64,000 bases of DNA, from contig DASWWE010000011.1 in NCBI GenBank assembly GCA_036406055.1, forward strand, positions 12,298-76,297. The letters run 5' to 3'. A program made the translations under genes and the position numbers. Of the stretch, positions 9,225 to 19,364 are shown one piece after another. This stretch comes from Flavipsychrobacter sp. GTDB taxonomy: Bacteria; Bacteroidota; Bacteroidia; Chitinophagales; Chitinophagaceae. How positions within the stretch are numbered: position 1 is the stretch's first letter; every line of letters starts with the position of its first letter. A model generated the notes under the pieces. It had not been told where the DNA came from and made no database searches. It saw only the letters and a program-made list of their open reading frames with translations.

Positions 9225-12200
9225 ATGTCATATACTCCGAAGAATAAAGTACGTATTGTTACGGCTGCTTCTCTTTTCGACGGGCACGATGCTGCCATCA
9301 ACATTATGCGCCGTGTGATGCAGAGCAGTGGTGTGGAAGTGATACACCTGGGCCACGACCGTAGTGTGCAGGAAGTGGTGGATTGCGCCATACAGGAAGA
9401 TGCCAATGCGATAGCCATGACCTCTTACCAGGGTGGCCACGTAGAATACTTCAAGTATATGTACGATCTGCTGAAAGAGCGTGGTTGCGGGCATATCAAA
9501 ATATTTGGCGGTGGCGGCGGTGTAATACTGCCTTCGGAAATAGATGAGCTGCATGCTTATGGCATCACGCGCATCTACTCGCCCGATGATGGCCGTGCTA
9601 TGGGCCTGCAGGGCATGATAGACGACCTGATCCAAAAAAGCGACTATCCAACCGGCAATCAACTGAACGGTGAAGTAGGCCACCTGCATGAAAAAGATGC
9701 TAAATCGATAGCCCGCCTGATATCTGCAGCTGAAAACTTTCACGACTTGCCGGAAACACAGGCTATGCTGAAGAAGATAGCCGAAACAGCTGCTACTTCT
9801 AAAACCCCGGTGCTGGGTATTACCGGTACAGGTGGTGCAGGTAAAAGCTCGTTGGTAGATGAACTGGTGCGCCGCTTCCTGCTCGATTTTAAGGATAAGA
9901 ACATTGGTATCATATCGGTAGACCCTTCTAAAAAGAAGACAGGCGGCGCCTTGCTGGGCGACCGTATCCGTATGAACGCCATCCGCAATGAGCGTGTATT
10001 CATGCGCTCGATGGCTACCCGCCAAAGCAACCTGGCCGTATCCAAGCATATACTGGATGCAGTCAACATACTGAAAGCTGCGAATTACGATCTCATTATA
10101 CTGGAAACATCAGGTATCGGCCAGAGCGATACGCAGATAACCGACTACAGCGACCTGAGCATGTATGTGATGACACCGGAATATGGTGCGGCCACACAGC
10201 TGGAAAAGATAGACATGCTGGACTTTGCCGACATTGTTGTCATCAACAAATTTGACAAACGCGGCGCTATGGATGCCCTGCGCGATGTGAAGAAGCAATA
10301 CCAGCGCAACCATAAACTGTTTGACCGGAACCCCGACGATATGCCGGTATATGGCACGATAGCTTCACAGTTCAACGACCCGGGTACCAACACCATGTAC
10401 AAATCGCTGATGGATATTGTGGTGAAGAAGACGGGTACGGAGCTGCATTCCAGCTTTAAGATAACGGATGAGATGAGCGAGAAGATATTCATCATTCCGC
10501 CGGCACGCACCCGTTACCTCAGCGAAATATCTGAAAACAACCGCAAATACGATAAATGGGCTAAAGACCAGTCGGCCGTAGCGCAAAAGCTGTTTGGCCT
10601 CAGGAAGACTATAGAAACACTGGAAGCCGCACAGGTAGAAGATAAGGACAGGCTGGTAAAAACCCTGCAAGAGGTGTATGCCAAAACAGAAATGGAGCTG
10701 GACCCTAAGAACAAGCACCTGCTGGAAAACTGGGATAAAAAGAAACACCTGTTTACAGATGAGTTCTACGTATTTAAAGTACGTGATAAAGAGCTGAAGA
10801 TAAAAACACATACCGAATCACTTTCGCATTCGCAGATACCTAAAGTAGCCGTACCTAAGTTTGAAGCATGGGGCGAGATACTGTACTGGGCATTGAGCGA
10901 AAACTTCCCCGGCGAATTCCCGTATGCTGCGGGTATCTATCCATTCAAGCGTGAGGGTGAAGACCCTACCCGTATGTTTGCCGGTGAGGGTGGACCGGAG
11001 CGTACCAACAAACGCTTCCACTACGTATCGCTGGGCATGCCGGCCAAACGCCTGAGTACAGCATTTGATAGTGTAACACTGTATGGCCAAGACCCGGACC
11101 ACCGTCCGGATATCTATGGTAAAGTAGGTAATTCAGGCGTAAGTGTTTGCTGCCTGGACGATGCGAAGAAACTGTATAGTGGTTTCAACCTGGCTGATCC
11201 TAAAACATCGGTATCGATGACCATCAATGGCCCTGCACCTACCATCACTGCCTTCTTTATGAATGCAGCGATAGACCAGCAGTGCGAGCTATACATCAAG
11301 GCAAATGGACTGGAAGATGAAGTAAACAAGAAGATAGACGCGATATACAAAGAGAAAGGCATCAAGCGCCCCACCTACAATCCATCAGTATTTGGCGGTG
11401 GTGCAGAAGGTGAATTGCCGCAAGGCAATGATGGCCTGGGCTTGATGCTGCTGGGCGTAACCGGCGACCAGGTATTGCCGGCCGATGTATATGCCAAAAT
11501 CAAAGCCGATACCCTGAAAGCGGTACGTGGTACCGTTCAGGCCGATATATTGAAAGAAGACCAGGCACAGAATACCTGCATCTTCTCTACCGAATTTTCA
11601 CTGCGTGTGATGGGCGATGTGCAGCAATACTTCATCAATGAAGGGGTGCGCAATTTCTATTCGGTATCTATCAGTGGCTACCACATAGCAGAAGCGGGTG
11701 CTAACCCTATATCGCAGCTGGCATTTACCATCAGTAACGGTTTCACTTTTGTAGAATACTACCTCAGCCGTGGCATGCATATAGATGATTTTGCCCCCAA
11801 CCTGTCGTTCTTCTTCAGCAATGGTGTAGACCCTGAATACAGTGTGATAGGCCGCGTAGCCCGCCGTATATGGGCCAAGGCCATGAAGTATAAATATGGT
11901 GGCAACGAACGTTCGCAGATGTTGAAATACCACATCCAGACATCGGGCCGCTCCCTGCACGCACAGGAAATCGACTTTAACGACATACGTACTACGCTGC
12001 AGGCACTGTATGCGATATACGATAACTGTAACTCGCTGCACACAAACGCTTATGACGAGGCCATCACTACGCCTACGGAAGAAAGCGTACGCCGTGCTAT
12101 GGCTATACAGCTCATCATCAATAAAGAACTGGGATTGGCTAAGAATGAAAACCCGCTGCAAGGTTCATTCATCATAGAAGAGCTGACCGACCTGGTAGAA

Positions 12201-12626
12201 GAAGCGGTACTGAGCGAGTTTGACCGTATCAGCGAACGTGGTGGCGTATTAGGCGCTATGGAAACCATGTACCAGCGCAGCAAAATACAGGAAGAAAGCC
12301 TGTACTACGAAACACTGAAACATACCGGCGAATATCCTATAATAGGTGTAAACACCTTCCTCAGCAGTAAAGGTTCACCTACGGTGATACCGCAGGAGGT
12401 AATACGTTCTACAACCGAAGAAAAAGAATTCCAGATAAGCACTGTACAAAACCTGTGGAAGCGTAGTGGCGATAAAGGGCAGGAAGCACTCCACAAACTG
12501 CAGCAGGTAGCCATCCACAACCAAAACATTTTTGAGGAACTGATGGAAACCGTAAAGTATTGCTCACTGGGGCAGATAACCAAAGCCCTGTTTGAAGTAG
12601 GTGGCCAATACAGGCGCAATATGTAA
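9225..12626 (+). CDS. icmF: fused isobutyryl-CoA mutase IcmF (B12-binding domain + MeaB-like G-protein + mutase domain)
   Basis: N-terminus [54 protein letters not shown] (B12 domain). [14 protein letters not shown]-loop and VINKFD (G domain). Large C-terminal methylmalonyl-CoA-mutase-like domain. Length 1133 aa. Confidence 0.9.
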   Translation: MSYTPKNKVRIVTAASLFDGHDAAINIMRRVMQSSGVEVIHLGHDRSVQEVVDCAIQEDANAIAMTSYQGGHVEYFKYMYDLLKERGCGHIKIFGGGGGVILPSEIDELHAYGITRIYSPDDGRAMGLQGMIDDLIQKSDYPTGNQLNGEVGHLHEKDAKSIARLISAAENFHDLPETQAMLKKIAETAATSKTPVLGITGTGGAGKSSLVDELVRRFLLDFKDKNIGIISVDPSKKKTGGALLGDRIRMNAIRNERVFMRSMATRQSNLAVSKHILDAVNILKAANYDLIILETSGIGQSDTQITDYSDLSMYVMTPEYGAATQLEKIDMLDFADIVVINKFDKRGAMDALRDVKKQYQRNHKLFDRNPDDMPVYGTIASQFNDPGTNTMYKSLMDIVVKKTGTELHSSFKITDEMSEKIFIIPPARTRYLSEISENNRKYDKWAKDQSAVAQKLFGLRKTIETLEAAQVEDKDRLVKTLQEVYAKTEMELDPKNKHLLENWDKKKHLFTDEFYVFKVRDKELKIKTHTESLSHSQIPKVAVPKFEAWGEILYWALSENFPGEFPYAAGIYPFKREGEDPTRMFAGEGGPERTNKRFHYVSLGMPAKRLSTAFDSVTLYGQDPDHRPDIYGKVGNSGVSVCCLDDAKKLYSGFNLADPKTSVSMTINGPAPTITAFFMNAAIDQQCELYIKANGLEDEVNKKIDAIYKEKGIKRPTYNPSVFGGGAEGELPQGNDGLGLMLLGVTGDQVLPADVYAKIKADTLKAVRGTVQADILKEDQAQNTCIFSTEFSLRVMGDVQQYFINEGVRNFYSVSISGYHIAEAGANPISQLAFTISNGFTFVEYYLSRGMHIDDFAPNLSFFFSNGVDPEYSVIGRVARRIWAKAMKYKYGGNERSQMLKYHIQTSGRSLHAQEIDFNDIRTTLQALYAIYDNCNSLHTNAYDEAITTPTEESVRRAMAIQLIINKELGLAKNENPLQGSFIIEELTDLVEEAVLSEFDRISERGGVLGAMETMYQRSKIQEESLYYETLKHTGEYPIIGVNTFLSSKGSPTVIPQEVIRSTTEEKEFQISTVQNLWKRSGDKGQEALHKLQQVAIHNQNIFEELMETVKYCSLGQITKALFEVGGQYRRNM

Positions 12627-12646
12627 TACACACATTGACCAATAAT

Positions 12647-12678
12647 AAAGGGGCGCTTTTGACAAAGTGCCCCTTTTT
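12647..12678 (+). terminator. rho-independent terminator
   Basis: aaaGGGGCGCttttgacaaaGTGCCCCttttt. Confidence 0.7.
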
Positions 12679-12888
12679 ACATGAAAAAAATCGCTCAATA
12701 GGTAAATTGAAAGAATTGTGCCACGATAATAGTACTCCGTCATAGAAACGTCACTAACAAAACTTTTTACCGACAGCAAAAGGCTATTTACCGACTGTTA
12801 TTACCGCTTAGCCGAAATGGATTTCGACTGCATAAGGGCAGGCAATAGTTTTGCTCCATCAATCAGAAAAATCACCCCAACTATTTTT

Positions 12889-15045
12889 ATGAAACATTCG
12901 CTACTCTTATCTTTTTTACTGGCAGGCAGTTTCAGCGCTATGGCGCAGGCTACCATCAGTGGTAAGGTAACAGACGAAAAAGGAAAGCCGGTACGCGGCG
13001 CTACCGTGTATCTTGACAATACACTGGATGGCAGCACCAGCGATAGCATCGGCAACTTTAGCTTCACCACCACGGAAACCGGCGCACAAACGCTGATGGC
13101 TACCGAAGTAGCACACGAAAACGCTGGCCTGCCTGTAACCATAGCGGGCGACCTGAAAGATGTAGTATTGAAAATGAAAGGCGCATCGCGCCAGCTGGAT
13201 GAAGTGGTTATTACCGCCGGTTCTTTTGAAGCATCGGATAAGAATAAGACCGTACTGCAACCCTTGGATATTGTGACCACAGCAGGTGCGCAGGCTGATA
13301 TTGTAAAAGCGATACAAACACTACCCGGCACACAGCAGCAGGGCACACAAACCGGCCTTTTTGTGCGAGGTGGCGATGCCAGCGAAGCCGCAGTAGTGGT
13401 AGATGGCCTGATAGCGCAGAATGCCTTCCTGAGCACAGCGCCGGGTGTAGCAGCACGCAGCCGTTTCGGTGCCTTCCAGTTCAAGGGTATTTCTTTCAGC
13501 AGCGGTGGCTATAGTGCTCGGTACGGACAGGCCCTGTCATCGGTACTGGAACTGAACAGTAACGACCTGCCCGATAAAAGCACCGTAAACCTGGGCCTGA
13601 ATATGGCCGGTATATATGCATCAGGCTCCAAGCTTTTTAAAACCACCAGTATCGAAGCTACAGGCTATTACAACAACCTGACCCCCTTCTACGGTATTGC
13701 CAAAACCAACGTTGATTTCTACGATGTGCCCAAAGGCGCAGGTGGCTCTACCAAGTTTACCTGGAAGCCTAATAAAGATGGCATACTGAAAGCCTTGGTC
13801 AACTATTCACGCTTCACCAGCGGCACGCGCGTGCCCAACCCCGGCGATGCAGGCAATACGCTCGACTTTGGCCTGAAATCGCAAAACCTGTACAGCAGCC
13901 TTTCTTACAGGCAAATGCTGAAAGATAAATGGAGCTTATACACCGCAGGTTCGTACAGCTACAACCAGGACGATGTGAAATGGGATACCATGAGCAATGT
14001 GAACAAAGACTACCGTGCGCAGTTTCGTGCAGAGGCTAAGTATTATGCTACTACCCGCCTTAGTATACTGGTAGGTGGCGAACTGCAGCACTTCAATTAC
14101 AACCGCACCTGGAATACGTATCCGGCAGAATTTACCGAAACGCAGGTAGCTGCATTTGCAGAGATGGACTGGTCGCCGCTGCACTGGCTGGCAGTAAAGC
14201 CCGGTGTGCGTTATGAGCACAGCGCATTGCTGAAACAAAACGTGGTAGCCCCGCGACTGGCCACCGGTGTAAAGGTAGGCCTGTACGGGCAGGTATCATT
14301 GGCTGGTGGTATGTTCTACCAAACGCCCGATCAGCAATACCTTATATCTAACTATAAGAACCTGGAAATGCAACGCTCAGTGCATTACATAGCCAACTAC
14401 CAGTACATGCACAACGACCGCACCCTGAGGCTGGAAGGTTACTACAAACACTATGACCAACTGGTATATGAATACCTGACCAAATCATTCGACGCGAACC
14501 AGACACGATATTTAGACCCTATCACCATGCCTGCTAACAATTCCGGTCACGGCTATGCCACAGGTGCAGAGCTGTTCTGGAGAGATAAGAAAAGCATCAA
14601 GAATGCCGACTACTGGATATCGTACAGCTATATAGATACCCGCAGGCTGTATAAAAACTACCTGGCCGAATCGCAACCCGATTTCATTGCCAACCACAAC
14701 CTGAATGTGGTTACGAAATATTTCATCGAAAAGCTGCAAACACAGATAAACATGACGTATAGCTACGCCACAGGCAGGCCATACTATAACCCTTCAAACC
14801 CGGTATTCCTGGGAGACAGGACGCCTGACTTTCACAACTTGTCACTCAATATTAACTACCGTACGTCTATCAAAAAGTGGTTTACCGTGGTGTATGTAGG
14901 TATTGATAACATCACCAACCAGAAGAATGTGTTTGGCTATCGCTACGCCAATGGCCAGCGTTACGAAATGCGCCCGGCACTATACCGCTCGGTATTCATA
15001 GGGGCTAACTTCTCGCTCACAGCATTTGATAAAGACGAACTTTAA
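12889..15045 (+). CDS. TonB-dependent receptor with N-terminal carboxypeptidase-regulatory-like domain
   Basis: Signal peptide MKHSLLLSFLLAGSFSAMAQ, then TISGKVTDEKGKPVRGATVYLDNTLDGSTSDSIGNFSF (CarbopepD_reg-like), a plug (DIVKAIQTLPG..GLFVRGG) and a long barrel. I prefer the ATG at 12889 to the track start at 12817. Confidence 0.85.
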   Translation: MKHSLLLSFLLAGSFSAMAQATISGKVTDEKGKPVRGATVYLDNTLDGSTSDSIGNFSFTTTETGAQTLMATEVAHENAGLPVTIAGDLKDVVLKMKGASRQLDEVVITAGSFEASDKNKTVLQPLDIVTTAGAQADIVKAIQTLPGTQQQGTQTGLFVRGGDASEAAVVVDGLIAQNAFLSTAPGVAARSRFGAFQFKGISFSSGGYSARYGQALSSVLELNSNDLPDKSTVNLGLNMAGIYASGSKLFKTTSIEATGYYNNLTPFYGIAKTNVDFYDVPKGAGGSTKFTWKPNKDGILKALVNYSRFTSGTRVPNPGDAGNTLDFGLKSQNLYSSLSYRQMLKDKWSLYTAGSYSYNQDDVKWDTMSNVNKDYRAQFRAEAKYYATTRLSILVGGELQHFNYNRTWNTYPAEFTETQVAAFAEMDWSPLHWLAVKPGVRYEHSALLKQNVVAPRLATGVKVGLYGQVSLAGGMFYQTPDQQYLISNYKNLEMQRSVHYIANYQYMHNDRTLRLEGYYKHYDQLVYEYLTKSFDANQTRYLDPITMPANNSGHGYATGAELFWRDKKSIKNADYWISYSYIDTRRLYKNYLAESQPDFIANHNLNVVTKYFIEKLQTQINMTYSYATGRPYYNPSNPVFLGDRTPDFHNLSLNINYRTSIKKWFTVVYVGIDNITNQKNVFGYRYANGQRYEMRPALYRSVFIGANFSLTAFDKDEL

Positions 15046-15074
15046 TAATTGTATAAAACCATAAAACACATAAG

Positions 15075-15728
15075 ATGACACGCTACATTATTTTAACCGC
15101 CATCGCAGCCTTCACATACCTGAACTGCCATGCGCAAGACTACAATGAAACACTGAAGAAAACTTTTACTGCCTTCGACACCACACAAGACTTTACGAAG
15201 AAAGTGGAGCAAAGCAACAAGCTGACTATGATAGCTAAAAAATGGAACAGCGAATGGACAGCACACTTTTACAATGCTTATGCCAAAGCCGTGCTTTCTT
15301 ACATGGAAAAAGAAGAAGCTAAGCGTGATGCTTATGTGGATGAAGCCGATAAAGAATTGAGTGAAGCCGTAGGTATATTGGGCAAAGACAATGATGAAAC
15401 TTATGTGCTGGCAGCTATGGTAGCCAATGCACGCATGGCGGTAAAGCCACAGGCACGCTGGCAGAAATACGGAAAGATATTTGAAGAGAACCTGCAAAAA
15501 GCCAAGGAGATAAATGCAGAGAACCCGCGCATTTATTACCTGCAAGGCACCAACAAGTTCTTTACTCCTAAAATGTTTGGCGGTGGCAAAAAAGCAGCAC
15601 TACCTTATTTCGAAAAAGCAGATGGCTATTTCGCTAAGGAAACAGATGCCGATATGAGTAAACCATATTGGGGAAAGTTTCAAAATGCATTCTTCCTGAA
15701 AGAAAGCAAAGGAGAAGATAAAGAATAG
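15075..15728 (+). CDS. hypothetical secreted helical protein (217 aa)
   Basis: Signal peptide MTRYIILTAIAAFTYLNCHAQ. Lys/Glu-rich helical sequence. No family recognised. Confidence 0.6.
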   Translation: MTRYIILTAIAAFTYLNCHAQDYNETLKKTFTAFDTTQDFTKKVEQSNKLTMIAKKWNSEWTAHFYNAYAKAVLSYMEKEEAKRDAYVDEADKELSEAVGILGKDNDETYVLAAMVANARMAVKPQARWQKYGKIFEENLQKAKEINAENPRIYYLQGTNKFFTPKMFGGGKKAALPYFEKADGYFAKETDADMSKPYWGKFQNAFFLKESKGEDKE

Positions 15729-15785
15729 ATTGACGAGAAACCTAAGATGAGTTTAGACAAATAGATAGGACACAGTTACAGTTGT

Positions 15786-15815
15786 ATCCCGGTTGTTTTC
15801 ACAACCGGGATTTTT
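15786..15815 (+). terminator. rho-independent terminator
   Basis: ATCCCGGTTGttttcaCAACCGGGATtttt. Confidence 0.75.
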
Positions 15816-15867
15816 CATTTGGCACGGTTTTTTAGCACCTGGTGTTTACATTAATCTGGAATTGTAC

Positions 15868-16662
15868 ATGAAAAGAAAAATTTTTGCCCCGGCGATTATT
15901 GCAGCAATGGCTGCGACACTGATGTTTACCTCTTGTCAAAAGAATGATGATCAACCGGTAAACACACAAGGTACTGCAAAGGTGAATATGCACCTGACGG
16001 ATGACCCTGCTGCCTACGATGCAGTATACATCGACATCCAAAAAGTAGAAGTAACAATGGAAGGTAGTGCAGCTGTGTCGCTGGCACCTATCCGCCCCGG
16101 TATTTACAACCTGCTCGATTTCCGCAATGGCTTAGACACTTTACTGTTGCGTGCAGATGTACCTGCGGGTAAAGTAGGGCAGATACGCCTGATATTGGGC
16201 AGCAACAACTCTGTAGTAGTAGATGGCACCAGCTACCCACTCAATACACCTTCTGCACAGGAAAGTGGCCTGAAGCTGAACCTGAAAGAAAGTTTTGTAG
16301 CAGGCGGTTCGTATGATGTATGGATAGATTTTGATGCCGGTAAATCTATTAACCAGACCGGCAATGGCAAATACATGCTGAAGCCTGTAATACGTGCTTA
16401 TTCACAGCTTACAGATGGCCGTATAAAAGGTTATGTATTGCCCGGCCCGGCATTGGCTACGGTATATGTTACCAATGGTGTGGATACCTATACAGCTATT
16501 CCCGGCCCTGATGGCTATTTCATGTTTGTAGGCTTGCCCGAGGGTACTTACAGCGTTACCTATGATGCCAGTGTAGCATCTTTTATAGACGTAACAGTAG
16601 ATAACATCAATGTGAAATACGGCACAACAGTAGACCTGGGCACTAAGGTGCTGGTACAGTAA
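15868..16662 (+). CDS. DUF4382-family lipoprotein with C-terminal carboxypeptidase-regulatory-like fold
   Basis: Lipoprotein signal MKRKIFAPAIIAAMAATLMFTSC. HLTDDPAAYDAVYIDIQKVEV..YNLLDFRNG..PAGKVGQIRLILG..SGLKLNL..IDFDAGKSI..GKYMLKPVIRAY matches my memory of DUF4382. I prefer the ATG at 15868. Confidence 0.75.
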   Translation: MKRKIFAPAIIAAMAATLMFTSCQKNDDQPVNTQGTAKVNMHLTDDPAAYDAVYIDIQKVEVTMEGSAAVSLAPIRPGIYNLLDFRNGLDTLLLRADVPAGKVGQIRLILGSNNSVVVDGTSYPLNTPSAQESGLKLNLKESFVAGGSYDVWIDFDAGKSINQTGNGKYMLKPVIRAYSQLTDGRIKGYVLPGPALATVYVTNGVDTYTAIPGPDGYFMFVGLPEGTYSVTYDASVASFIDVTVDNINVKYGTTVDLGTKVLVQ

Positions 16663-16688
16663 TAATATTAAGCCTCACACGCATAACA

Positions 16689-16732
16689 ATTGGCTGAAAA
16701 TGCATTAAGATGTATTTTCAGCCAATATTTTT
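16689..16732 (+). promoter_or_regulatory. 13-bp perfect hairpin plus T-run that ends directly at the next start codon (terminator or leader structure)
   Basis: ATTGGCTGAAAATgcattaagatgtATTTTCAGCCAATattttt, followed immediately by the ATG at 16733. Confidence 0.6.
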
Positions 16733-19021
16733 ATGCAACGGTATCTAAACAGGATCATATATATACTCTGTGGCCTATGTGCATTTGCACTGGGCATGAA
16801 ACAGCTTCGCGAACCCGATATATGGTGGCAGTTGCTTTCCGGCAGATGGATGCTGGAACATGGGCAGGTTACCAAAACAGATATGTTCTCGTATACCATG
16901 TCTGGCCAACCATGGGTAAATGTAAAATGGCTATATGAGGTTATCATTGGTGCTTTTGAAAAAGCATTAGGGCCCGAAGGCGTTCTACTGTTGCAGGCAC
17001 TGGTAAATGTCGCCATCGTTTACCTATTAGTGCGCACCATACAATATGCAGGTAAGCAGTTCCATAAACAAATCCCTGTCTTTGCTACCGCCATTTTCAT
17101 CTTGCTCTTTTTAGCCATCTGCGAATACCGCATGGCGGGCCGCCCGGAGATGATGAGCCACCTGCTATGCGCTGTCTACCTTTTCTTGCTTTGGCGCAGC
17201 CCATCGTTAGAGTTCAAAAAGATATGGTGGTTGGTACCGTTGCAATGCCTGTGGGCCAATATGCATGAAGGCTACCCGGTAGGTATTGTGATAGCAGGGA
17301 CAGCGGTAGGTGGTACTGTAATATCCTACATCCTGACCCGCCAAAAAGAATACCTGCAGCAGGCTATACGCGCACTGGCCATATTCGCAGCATGCATACT
17401 TATCATACTGCTCAACCCTAATACCATCCAGCTTTGGAAGCAGCCTTTTGAAATATACAGGCAGGTATGGGCCAATAAATATACTACCGAGCTGTATTCT
17501 TATAAAGATGCCGCCTACTGGACCATGCAGGCCAAATGGCACTGGCTGCTGACAGGCTTTGCTTTTCTTTACTGGATAGGCATTGTATGGACGGCCATAA
17601 AAGAAAAGAAATCAAAAACCTTTTTCACACCCGTTACTACTACCTACCTGCTGATACTATTACTATTCAGCTACCTTGCCCTTACGGCCAACCGTAACAT
17701 ACCATTTGCACAAATTGCGCTGGTACCATCACTGGCATTATTGGGAGGGTGGATAGCCGTGAGCGGCAAGGTACAGGCTATGGGTTTTTACCAGGCACTA
17801 TCAAAACGCGCAGGGTACATCGCCATAGCTATAGCTGCTATATTTTACCTCAGCATCGTATCCGATAAATGGTACAAATACACAGCATCACCCAATAAGT
17901 TCGGCATACATACTTCTATGTTGCATAACCCTACCGGCGCATCTGCTTTTATCAAACAACATGGCATAAAAGGCCCCGCCTTCTCCGATTACTTTGTATC
18001 TTCTTATTTACTTTGGGATTTATATCCTGCATTCAAATCCTATATCGACCTGCGCGACCTGGATGTATTCCCTGTAGCTTTCTTCGATGATTATTTCAGC
18101 ATGTACAACCAGCCCGAAAAATTCGATACGCTGGATAAGAAATACAATTTCAATTATGTCGTGCTCAGCACATCGCAGCTATCTGCGTTGCAAATAAAAC
18201 TATACTGGGGACATGGATATAACATGGTTTACCTCGATCCTGTATGCACCATTTTCCTGAAGCAAAACGACCAGAATAAACCTATCAATAGCAACCTGGC
18301 ATTGCAAAAGCTGTTTACATGGCCGCAACCTGCTGAAGACCCTGCATGGGCTACAGTGCTCAACAAGCTGCTAAACCCCACCCTGGAATATCCTGACGAA
18401 GATGAAACCAACCAGGCTATCTATGCCGCTTTGTTTTACAACCAGGTACGCAATTACGATATATCGCTGAAGCTGCTGAAGCAATACATGCCTTCAATGG
18501 AAGACAACCCGCGTGCTTATGTTACGCTGGCCAACACCTACATGCAGTTTGCCAGTGTGCTGCCCGATGCGCAAAAGCAGGGTAAGCTGGATAGTGCCAA
18601 TTTCTACCTGGAACAGGCTAAAGAGATAGATGCTGATTTTGCACCTTTATACCTTGCCCTCGGCAATCTCTATTTTGTTCGTGGCAATTTTGAAGGTGCT
18701 GCTGAAAACCTGGACAACTTTGTAAAAAGAGATAAAAGTAATGCCTATGCTTACTTCCTGCTGGGCCTTAGCAACCGTAGCATGTGGCTGCACAATAACA
18801 ATAAAACCTATGCAAGTAGGGTTGTAAAAGATATGAAGGCGGCCGTTCGCCTTAATCCGCAGAATGGCAAAGCCTACTTATACATGGCCGAGGCCGAACT
18901 GGCATTGGGCGATAGGGATGCCGCCCGTAAAAACATACAGGAGCTGGCTGCCTCCGGCACGCCACTAACCGCAGATGAACAAAAACTGCTCGACAGGATA
19001 AAACAACAATCAGGTATATAA
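16733..19021 (+). CDS. polytopic membrane protein with C-terminal TPR repeats (features resembling GT-C glycosyltransferases; function unknown)
   Basis: At least 10 hydrophobic segments in the first ~400 aa. EPDIWWQLLSGRWMLEHG motif in the first loop. The C-terminal ~250 aa shows TPR-like periodicity (YLALGNLYFVRGNFEGAAENL.., AYFLLGL.., AYLYMAEAELALGDRDAARKN). Confidence 0.75.
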   Translation: MQRYLNRIIYILCGLCAFALGMKQLREPDIWWQLLSGRWMLEHGQVTKTDMFSYTMSGQPWVNVKWLYEVIIGAFEKALGPEGVLLLQALVNVAIVYLLVRTIQYAGKQFHKQIPVFATAIFILLFLAICEYRMAGRPEMMSHLLCAVYLFLLWRSPSLEFKKIWWLVPLQCLWANMHEGYPVGIVIAGTAVGGTVISYILTRQKEYLQQAIRALAIFAACILIILLNPNTIQLWKQPFEIYRQVWANKYTTELYSYKDAAYWTMQAKWHWLLTGFAFLYWIGIVWTAIKEKKSKTFFTPVTTTYLLILLLFSYLALTANRNIPFAQIALVPSLALLGGWIAVSGKVQAMGFYQALSKRAGYIAIAIAAIFYLSIVSDKWYKYTASPNKFGIHTSMLHNPTGASAFIKQHGIKGPAFSDYFVSSYLLWDLYPAFKSYIDLRDLDVFPVAFFDDYFSMYNQPEKFDTLDKKYNFNYVVLSTSQLSALQIKLYWGHGYNMVYLDPVCTIFLKQNDQNKPINSNLALQKLFTWPQPAEDPAWATVLNKLLNPTLEYPDEDETNQAIYAALFYNQVRNYDISLKLLKQYMPSMEDNPRAYVTLANTYMQFASVLPDAQKQGKLDSANFYLEQAKEIDADFAPLYLALGNLYFVRGNFEGAAENLDNFVKRDKSNAYAYFLLGLSNRSMWLHNNNKTYASRVVKDMKAAVRLNPQNGKAYLYMAEAELALGDRDAARKNIQELAASGTPLTADEQKLLDRIKQQSGI

Positions 19022-19036
19022 TAAAACATTCCCCTT

Positions 19037-19339
19037 ATGAAAAAGATGCTTTGCTGCACGCTAACACTTATGCTTGCCATCGGCATTTGTTATGCGCAGA
19101 ACTTCAAGGCCACACAAAAGTCGCAGGAGAAAGTTATCAAAGCGGCCTACAAGGCAAAGAAGATAACAGAACTGGAATATGAGAAACTGATGAAAGAACA
19201 GCAGACGATAAAAGAAACCATAGAAAAGCTGGAAGCAGACGGCAAGCTCGATTCCGATGATAAGAATGCCATACAAGGCAAGCTGGACAGGGCCGAACGC
19301 AGGCTAAAACGCTACAAGACGAACAGGGAACGTTATTGA
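19037..19339 (+). CDS. small secreted coiled-coil protein (100 aa)
   Basis: Signal peptide MKKMLCCTLTLMLAIGICYAQ, followed by K/E-rich heptad-like sequence. Confidence 0.55.
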   Translation: MKKMLCCTLTLMLAIGICYAQNFKATQKSQEKVIKAAYKAKKITELEYEKLMKEQQTIKETIEKLEADGKLDSDDKNAIQGKLDRAERRLKRYKTNRERY

Positions 19340-19364
19340 GGAAAGTTTGTTGCATCTTTACAGC

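Noticed and set aside
12679-12888. Possible cobalamin riboswitch in the 260-nt gap between the B12-dependent icmF and a TonB receptor.
   Set aside because: I could not find the B12-box (GCCACTG context) or the conserved GGGAA/GGTG elements. Only a chance GCCAC is present.
16690-17016. ORFs 16690..16938 (+) and 16705..17016 (-) at the start of the membrane/TPR gene.
   Set aside because: They overlap the hairpin and the 762-aa ORF, which has coherent TM and TPR architecture. They have no independent support.
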